64,000 nucleotides of DNA. Origin: Thermoanaerobaculia bacterium. GTDB lineage: Bacteria > Acidobacteriota > Thermoanaerobaculia > Multivoradales > UBA5704. A model generated the notes under the pieces. It searched no databases. It worked only from the letters and a program-made list of their open reading frames with translations, and was not told the origin of the DNA. Position numbers and translations under genes: made by a program. This document shows, one piece after another, positions 19,101-28,100 of this stretch; position 1 is the first letter of the stretch; each line of letters begins with the position of its first letter. The DNA is taken from contig DATBAW010000161.1 in the NCBI GenBank assembly GCA_036271335.1, positions 1,255-65,254 of the forward strand. Reading direction: 5' to 3'.

Positions 19101-22100
19101 CCGCACCTTGACCTGGGAGTCGACGCGGCCGAGGAAGTCGAGGTTGCCGTCCGCCAGGAAGCGGACGAGATCGCCGGTTCGATACAGGCGCTCGCCATCG
19201 CCTGCGAAGGGGTCGGGGATGAAGCGCTCGGCGGTGAGATCCGCGCCGTTCAGATAACCGCGGGCAAGGCCGGCACCCCCGAGCAGAAGCTCGCCCGGAG
19301 TGCCGATCGGAACCGGCGCGAGCCGCGGGTCGACCACGTGGACGCGCAGCCCGGTGATCGGCCGGCCGATCACCGGCGGGCGCGGCAGCCGCTCGTCCGG
19401 CGGCGCGACCAGGGCGAAGGTCGCCACCACGCTGGACTCCGTCGGCCCGTAGTGGTTGACGACGGCAAACGGCAGCGCGCCGCGCGGGACGCGCTGCAAC
19501 CGGTCACCGCCGGTGAGCAGGGCGCGCAGCCGGATCTCCGGCGGCAGCAATCCCGTCTCCGTCCTCTCGAGGACCTGCTCGGCCAGCGGCGTCGGCAGGA
19601 AGCAGAGCGTAATCCCCTCGGCCGCCAGCCAGCCCAGGAGGCGGTCGGGCATCAACCGCACGTCGTCGTCGGGGATGTGCAGGCTGGCACCCGCCGCCAG
19701 GGTGGGCCAGATCTCCCACACCGAGGCGTCGAAGGCCGGCGAGGCGACCAGCGTGGCACGGTCGCGGGAGGTCATGCCGTAAGTCCGCAGGTGCCAGCGC
19801 ACCAGGTTGGCCAGACCCGCGTGCGGCACCTGCACGCCCTTGGGGCGCCCGGTCGACCCGGACGTGTAGATGACGTAGGCGAGGTCCCCGGGGCGCACCG
19901 ACACCGGCGCCAGGAACGGCTCCGCGGCGGACACGGCGTCGAGGTCGAGCCGGTGCACGCCGCCCCCCACCCAGAGGGACGCGCCCGGGCCACGGGCGAG
20001 CAGCACTTCCATGCCGCTCTCGCGGGCCACGAAGGCGAGCCGCTCCCGCGGCGTATCGGGATCGAGCGGCAGGTAGGCGCCGCCGGCCAGCAGGACCGCC
20101 AGGGCGCCGACGACGAGCTCGGGCGACCGCTCGGCGCACAGGCCGACCGGGTGCTCACCAGGCTGCCCGCGGCCCACGCCGAGGCTCCGCAGCTCGCCGG
20201 CGAGACGGGCGGCACGATCGAGCAGCTCGCCATAGGTCAGCGTCCGGCCCCCCGCGACCACGGCCGGCGACGACGGCGAGGCCGCAGCCCTGGCGGCCAC
20301 TTCGCCGGCGATCCCGCCGGTGAGCTCGCCGGCGCCGCCCGACGCCGAGGGCCACTCGTGGAGGAGCTGGTGGCGCTCGGCCGGCAACAGGAGTGGCAGC
20401 TCCGCGAGGGGGAGGCCGGGATCGGCGACCACGCCGCGGAGCAGGAGCTCCAGGTGTGCCGCCAACCGCTGGATGGTGGCGGGGTCGAAGAGGTCGGTGC
20501 TGTAGACGAAAGCCATCGCCACCCCGCCCGCCGTCTCCAGGGCGAACAGCTCGAGGTCGAAGCGCACCGTGGCGATGTCGACCTCGACGGGAGCGACCGT
20601 GAGCCCGGGGAGCTCGGCACCACCGCCGCCAGCGGCGTTCTGCAGGGCGAAGGCGACCTGGAAGAGCGGGTTGAGGGCGAGGTGGCGGTCCGGGCTCAGC
20701 TCCTCCACCAGCCGCTCGAAGGGGAGATCCTGGTGGGCGAAGGCCTCCAGCGTCGACCGCCGGACGCGGGCCAGCAGATCGTCGAAAGTGGGCTCGCCGG
20801 AGAGGTCCCCGCGCATGACCAGGGTGTTGACGAAGAAGCCGATCAGCGGCTCGATCTCCCCCCGGTTGCGGTTGGCGATCGGCGACCCCACCGCCAGGTC
20901 CTCCTGGCCGCTGAGGCGCCAGAGGAGCGCCTGGAAGGCGGCGAGGAGAACCATGAACAGGGTCCCTTCGTGCCGGCGGGCCAGCCGCGACAGCTCACCC
21001 GAAAGCCCGGCGTCGAGCGCCGCGGTCACCCGTGCGCCCCGGTAGGAGGGTGCGGCAGGGCGCGGCCGGTCGGTCCGCAGGTCGATGGTGGCGGGAGCGC
21101 CGGCCAGCCGCTGCCGCCAGTAGGAGAGCTGGCGCTCCAGCTCCTCCGCCACCAGCCAGCCGCGCTGCCAGACCGCGAAGTCGGAGTATTGCAAGGGAAG
21201 ATCGGGGAGCGGCGACGGATGGCCCGCCATGGCGGCGGCGTAGAGCCCGGTGATCTCCCGGACGAGCACGCCCATCGACCAGTCGTCGGAGACGATGTGG
21301 TGCATGGCCAGCAGCAGCACGTGATCGGTCGGCTCCAGGTGCAGTAGCGAGGCGCGCAGGACCGGGCCGCGCTCGAGGTCGAACGGCAGCAGCGAGTCCT
21401 CCAGGGCGAGGCGGCGCGCCTCGGGGAGCCGCCGTTCCGCGGCCAGCGCGGCGAGGTCGACGAGCGGCAGGGTCCAGCGCTCCGCCGGCGCGACGACCTG
21501 CACCGGCCGGCCGTCGCGCTCGCGGAAGGTGGTGCGCAGCGCGCCATGGCGGCGGACCACCTCGCCGAGGACGGCCGCGAGCAGCGCCGGGGAGGCCGCG
21601 CCGCTGATGCGCAGGGCCTGCGGGATGGTGTAGGCCGCATTCCCCGGCTGCAGGCGATCGAGGAACCAGAGCCGCTCCTGGGCGAAGGAGAGCGGCACCG
21701 CCTTGCCCTCCCAGTCGCCGAGCCTGGTGGGGCCCCGGCCGACGAGCGCACCGGTGCCCAGGGCGGGCGCCACGAAGCGGCCCGCCAGCTCCGCGAGGAC
21801 CGGCGCTTCGAAGATCGCCTGCAAGGGGATCTCGACGCCGAGCGCCGTCTTGAGACGGGAGACCAGGCGGGTGGCGGCGAGCGAGTGGCCGCCGAGCGCG
21901 AAGAAATTGTCGTTCCTGCCGACCGTCTCGATGCCGAGGATCTCCTTCCAGATCTGGGCGATCCGCTCCTCGACCGGCGTCTGCGGCGGCTCGGCCTCGC
22001 GCTCCGCCTCGCCCTCCGGCCGCAGCAGCTCCAGGGCGCGGCGGTCCACCTTGCCATTCGGCGTCAGCGGCAACCGGGAGAGGACGGAGAACGCCGCCGG

Positions 22101-25100
22101 GATCAGATGGGCCGGCAGCCGCGCCGCCAGGAACGCGCGCAGCTCGTCCGGCGCCGGCGCGGCCGCCCCCTCCGCGGCGACGACGCAGGCGAGCAGCGCA
22201 TTGCCGGCGGGGGTCCGGCGCGCCACCACCACGGCGTCGCGGAGCTCCGGATGGGTGGCGAGGACGGCCTCGATCTCCCCCGGCTCGACGCGGAAGCCGC
22301 GGACCTTGATCTGCTGGTCGGCGCGGCCGCCGAATTGCAGCTCGCCGCCGGCCGTCCAGCGGACGAGGTCGCCGGTGCGATAGACCCTTCCCCCTGCCTC
22401 GCCGCTCCAGACATCAGGGAGGAAGCGCTCCGCCGTCAGGGCGGTCCGCCCGAGATAGCCGCGAGCGACGCCGGCGCCGCCGATCAGCAGCTCCCCCCAG
22501 ACGCCGGCCGGCACCAGGGCGAGATCGCGGTCGACGACGTGGAGCCGGGTGCCGGCGAGGGGCCGGCCCAGGGAGACCGGATCCCCCTCGCCCCACCCCT
22601 CGAGGTCGGCGAAGGTCGAGGAGACCGTCGTCTCCGTCGGCCCGTAGGCATTCAGCAGCCGGACCCTGCCGCCGGTGCCGCGGAGCCAGTCGGCGAGACG
22701 GCGGGGCTGCACCTCCTCGCCGCCGATCACCGCCAGACGGACCGCCGGCGGCAGCGTGGAGCTCCCCTCCCCCAGCGCCGCCGCGAGCTCGTGCCAGAAG
22801 GCCGTCGGCAGGCCGAGCACCGTGATCTCCTGGCGCTCCACCTCGGCCACGAAGGTGGGGATCGAGCCGGCCGCCGCGTCCGAGCGCAGAGCCAGGAGCG
22901 ACCCGACGGCGAGCGGGCACCAGATCTCGTCGACGCTGGTGTCGAAGCCCAGCGCGGAGAACTGGAGCGCGCGGTCCTCCGGCCTCAGGGCGTACATCCC
23001 GACCACCGCCTGCACGTAGGTGGAGATCGCGCGGTGGGATACCGCCACCCCCTTCGGCCGTCCGGTCGAGCCCGAGGTGTAGATGACATAGGCGGTCGCC
23101 AGGGGATCGAGCGCGAGATCGAGCGTGCCCTCCGGGCCCTCCATGCCGGCGCCGTCGAGCGCGACGAAGCGCGCCGGGCTGGCTGGCAGGCGGCTGCGCA
23201 GCCGCTCCTGTGCCAGCAGCACCAGGGCTCCGGAGTCCTCCAGCAGCAGGGAAATCCGTTCGGCGGGGTACTCCGGATCGACCGGCACGTAGGCGCCTCC
23301 CGCCTTGAGGATGGCGAGCATGCCGACCACGAGGTCGGCGGAGCGGCCGGCGGCGATCGCCACCCGCACCTCGGGACCGACGCCGGCGCTCCGCAGCCGG
23401 CGCGCCAGGCGGCTGGCGCGGCGGTCGAGCTCGCCGTAGGTCAGGCTCACTCCCGCGGCATCGAGCAGCGCCTGGGCCGTCGGCGCGGCGGCCGCGCGCT
23501 CCTCGACGAGCCGGTGCAGAGGGACGTCCCACGACCCGGAGCTCCGCGTGTCGTTCCACTCCCAGAGCAGCTGCGCCCGCTCCGGCGCGGCGAGGAGAGG
23601 CAGCGCGGAGAGCGGCCTGCCAGCGACGTCCATGACCTCCTGAAAGAGGATCTCCAGCCGGCCGGCCAGCCGCCGGATGGTCGCCGGATCGAACAGGTCC
23701 GCGTTGTAGAGCACCAGGGCATGGAGGGCATCCGCCCCCTCCATGAAGCTCAGCTCGAGGTCGAAGGGTGTGCTCGCCGTCCCGGAATCGACCGGCTCCA
23801 GGGAGAGGCCGGGGAGATCCAGCCGCCCCAGCGGCGCGTTCTGCAGGATGCAGAGGACCTGGAAGAGCGGGGTCACCGCCAGCCGGCGCTCCGGCTGCAG
23901 CTCCTCGACCAGACGCTCGAAGGGGAGATCCTGGTGAGCATAGGCCTCCAGGGTCGTCTGCCGCGCTTGCGCCAGCACCTCGCGGAAGGAGGGGTCCCCC
24001 GCGAGATCGCCGCGCAGCACCAGGGTATTGACGAAAAAGCCGATCAGCGGCTCGATCTCGCCCCGGTTGCGGTTGGCGACCGGCGAGCCGATGGTGATGT
24101 CCGTCTGGCCACTGAGGCGCCGCAGGAGCGCCTGGAGGGCCGCCAGCAGCACCATGAACAGGCTCGCTTCGTGGGTTTGAGCGAAGCGCGGCAGCCGCCG
24201 CGAGAGCTCGCCACCGAAGGTGACCAGCAGCCTCCCGGCGTTACGGCTCGGCGCCGACGGACGGGGCCGGTCGGTGGGCAGCTCGAGCACGGCCGGCGAG
24301 CCGGCCAGCCGCAGCCGCCAGTAAGCGAGCTGCCGCTCCAGCGCCTCGCCCTGGAACCAGCTCCGTTGCCAGACCGCGAAGTCGGCGTACTGGATCAGGA
24401 GCTCCGGCAGCGGCGACGGGGCGCCGGCCAGGGCGGCGCCATAGAGGGCCGAGATCTCGCGCACCAGCACACCGATCGACCAGCCGTCGGCGACGATGTG
24501 GTGGATGTCGAGGAGCAGGATGTGCTCCGCCGGCGCCAGGCGGACCAGCGTGGGGCGGAAGAGCGGCCCTCGCTCGAGGTCAAAAGGGCGGAGAGCCGTC
24601 GCGCGGGCCAGCTCCTGGGCCGCCGCCTCCCGGCGCTCCACCGGCAGGCCGGCGAGGTCGACCGTGGGGAGCCGCAGGAAGGAGGGGGCCGCGATGACCT
24701 GGACCGGCTCGCCCTCTCGCTCGTCGAACGTCGTGCGCAAGGCCTCGTGACGGCGCACCACCTCCGCCAGAACCGCCCGCAGGACGGCCGGCGACAGCGC
24801 GCCGGTCAGACGCAGGGCCAGGGGCAGAATGTAGGTGGCGCTGTCCGGCTCCAGGCGGTCGAAGAACCAGAGGCGGGTCTGGGCGAAGGAGAGGGGGGCC
24901 ACCGCCAGGCCCAGCCGCGCCATCGCCAGCGGCGCGGCGGTCTCCTGCTTCGCCGCGTCCGCCTGACGGGCGAAATCGGCGAGCCCGGAGGCCTCGAACA
25001 GGGTGCGCACGGGGAGGTCGAGACCGAGGCGGCTGCGGACGCGGGAGAGGATCTGCACCGCCATCAGCGAGTGGCCGCCGAGCTCGAAGAAATCGTCCCG

Positions 25101-28100
25101 CCGCCCCACCCGTTCCAGACCCAGGACCTCGCACCAGATCGCGGCGATCTCCCGCTCGGTGGCGGTAGCGGGAGGAACATGGCCACCGGCCGTCTCGCCC
25201 ACCTGCGGCGCGAAGGCGCGGCCGGCGAGGGCGCGGCGATCCAGCTTGCCGCTCGGCGTCAGCGGCAGGGCGGCGAGCTCGACGAAGGCGGCGGGCATCA
25301 TAGGCGCCGGCAGGCGGGCCTTGAGCGCCTCGCGCAGCCCGGCCTCAGCGCTTTCGCCGTTGTCCCAGACGACGTAGGCCACCAGGCGCAGGCCCCCCGG
25401 CGGGTCCTGCCGCGCCACCACTGCCGCCTCGCGCACCCCCGGGTAGGCGACGACCGCCGCCTCGACCTCGCCCGGCTCGACGCGGTAGCCGCGCACCTTG
25501 ATCTGGGCATCGGTCCGCCCGAGGTACTCGAGATCGCCCGCCGCCGTCCAGCGCGCCAGATCGCCCGTCCGATAGAGTCGGGCTCCGCTCTCCGCGCCGC
25601 TGGCGTCAGGGACGAAACGCTCGGCGGTGAGATCCGGCCGCCGGTAGTAGCCGCGGGCGAGGCCGACGCCGCCGATCCGCAGCTCTCCCGGCACGCCGGC
25701 CGGCACCGACCGACCACCTCGATCGAGGAGGTGGATGCGCTGGTTGGCGACCGGGCGGCCGATCGGCGGCAGCACCGGCCAGCGGCCGGGCTCGCCCTGC
25801 AGCACGAAGGCGGTGACGACGTGGGTCTCGGTCGGCCCGTACTCATTGAACAGACGGGCGCCCTGGCGGAAGAGGCTGGCGACCGCCGGGGTGACCCAGA
25901 GCTGCTCACCGGCGGTGATCAGCTCGCGCAACGCCGGCGCCTGACGGTCCTGCTCGCGGGCGACCTCGGCGAGCTGCTGCAGGGAGACGAACGGCTGGAA
26001 GAGCCGCTCGATCTGCCGCTCGACCAGGAAGTCGAGCAGCGCCGCGGGATCGCGCCGGAGCTCCTCCGGCATCATCACCAGCGTGCCCCCGGATGCCCAG
26101 GTCGAGAACAGCTCCTCGAAGGAGACATCGAAGCCCAGCGGCGAGAACTGAAGTACCCGCAAGCCGCGGTCCGGCCGCGCCAGGCAGGCCCAGCCGGCGA
26201 GGTTGACCAGGGCCCGGTGGGTCATCGCCACCCCCTTGGGCCGCCCCGTGGAGCCGGAGGTGTAGAGGATGTAGGCGAGGCTCTCGGGGGACGGGGGGAG
26301 CGCCAGGACGGCCGGCGGCACCCCCGCGGCGGCGCCGGTCGCCGGCTCGCCCAGCGGAGCGCCGCCACCGTCGAGGACGACGACGTCGAGGCCGTCCAGA
26401 AGCCCCGGCGGCAGCCCAGCGAGCGCGCCCTCCTCGGCGAGCGCGAGCGTCGGCGCCGCATCACCGATCATCAGCGCCAGTCGCTCCGCCGGGTAGGAGG
26501 GATCGAGCGGCAGGCAGGCGCCCCCTGCCTGGAGGACTGCCAGCACGCTCACCGATAGCGCGAGAGAACGGCCAACCCAGAGCGCCACCGGCACGTCGGG
26601 GCCGACGCCGGCACCGCGCAGCCGCGCAGCCAGCCGTGCCGCACGCTCCACCAGCTCACCGTAGGTCAGGCTCTCGTCCCCGTGCTCGACGGCGACGACA
26701 GCGGCGTCGAGCGCCGCCTGTCGCGCCACGATCCCATGCACCAGCTCCGCGCCTGGCAGCGCCCGCCGGGTATCGTTCCACTCGTGAACGAGCTGCTGGC
26801 GCTCGCCCGCGGAGAGCAGCGGCACCTCCGCGGCCGGCAGGTCGGGGTCGGCCATCAATCCGCGCAGCAGGCTCTCCAGGTGGGCGGCGAGGCGCCTCGG
26901 GGTCGGTGCGTCGAACAGCTCGGTGCTGTAGACGATCTCCGCCACCATTCCCTCGCCGCGCTCCCAGAAGCCCACCTCGAGATCGAACTGTGCCACCTGC
27001 GTCTCGAACTCCACCGGAGACAGCGTCAGGCCCGGGAGCTCCATGGCGCCCATCGGGGCGTTCTGGACGGCGAACAGGACCCGGAACAGCGGGTTCACCG
27101 ACAGGCGACGCTCCGGCCGCAGCTCCTCGACGAGTTGCTCGAAGGGGAGGTCCTGGTGGGCGTAAGCCTCCAGGGTGGTCCGCCGCGCCCGCGCCACCAG
27201 GTCGCGCAGGACGGGCTCGCCGGAGAGGTCGCCGCGCATGACCAGGGTATTGACGAAGAAGCCGATCAGCGGCTCGATCTCCGCGCGGGTGCGGTTGGCG
27301 ATCGGCGAGCCGACGGCCAGATCCTCGGACCCGCTCAGCCGGCCGAGCAGCGCCTGAAAACCGGCGAGGAGAACCATGAACGGGGTCGCCTCGTGCCGGC
27401 GGGCGACCAGCGCCACCTCGCGCGCGAAACCGGCGTCGAGGTGGACGTGGAAACGCGCGCCGCCGTGGGTCCGCACCGCCGGCAGCGGCCGGTCGGTGGG
27501 CAGCTCGAGGGTCGCCGGCATCCCCGCCAGCTTCTCCCGCCAGTAGGCGAGCTGGCGCTGCAGCACCTCGCCACGGAACCAGCCGCGCTGCCAGAGCGCG
27601 AAGTCGGCGTATTGGATCGGCAGTTCCGGGAGCGGCGACGGCGCGCCGGCGACGACGGCGGCATAGAGCGCCGTGATCTCGCGGACGAGCACCCCCATCG
27701 ACCAGCCATCAGAGATGACGTGGTGCATGTTGAGCAGCAGGGCGTGATCGGCGGCCGCCAGGCGCAGGAGGGTGGCGCGCAGGAGCGGTCCGCGCGCGAG
27801 GTCGAAGCCGCGGTCGGATTCCTCCTGGGCGAGGCGGCGCGCGCGGTCCATGCGGAGCTCGGCCGGCAGGGCCGAGAGGTCGACCAGCGGCAGGGTCCAG
27901 CCCCCAGCGGCGGCAACCTCCTGGACCGGCTGGCCGGCCGCTTCGTGGAAGGTGGTGCGCAGGGCCTCGTGCCGGCGCACCACCTCGCCGAGCAGCGCCG
28001 CGAGGATGCCCGGCGAGGTTTCCCCCATGATCCGAAGCGCCAGCGGGATGTTGTACGCCGTCAGGCCCGGCTCCAGGCGATCGATGAACCAGAGGCGCTC

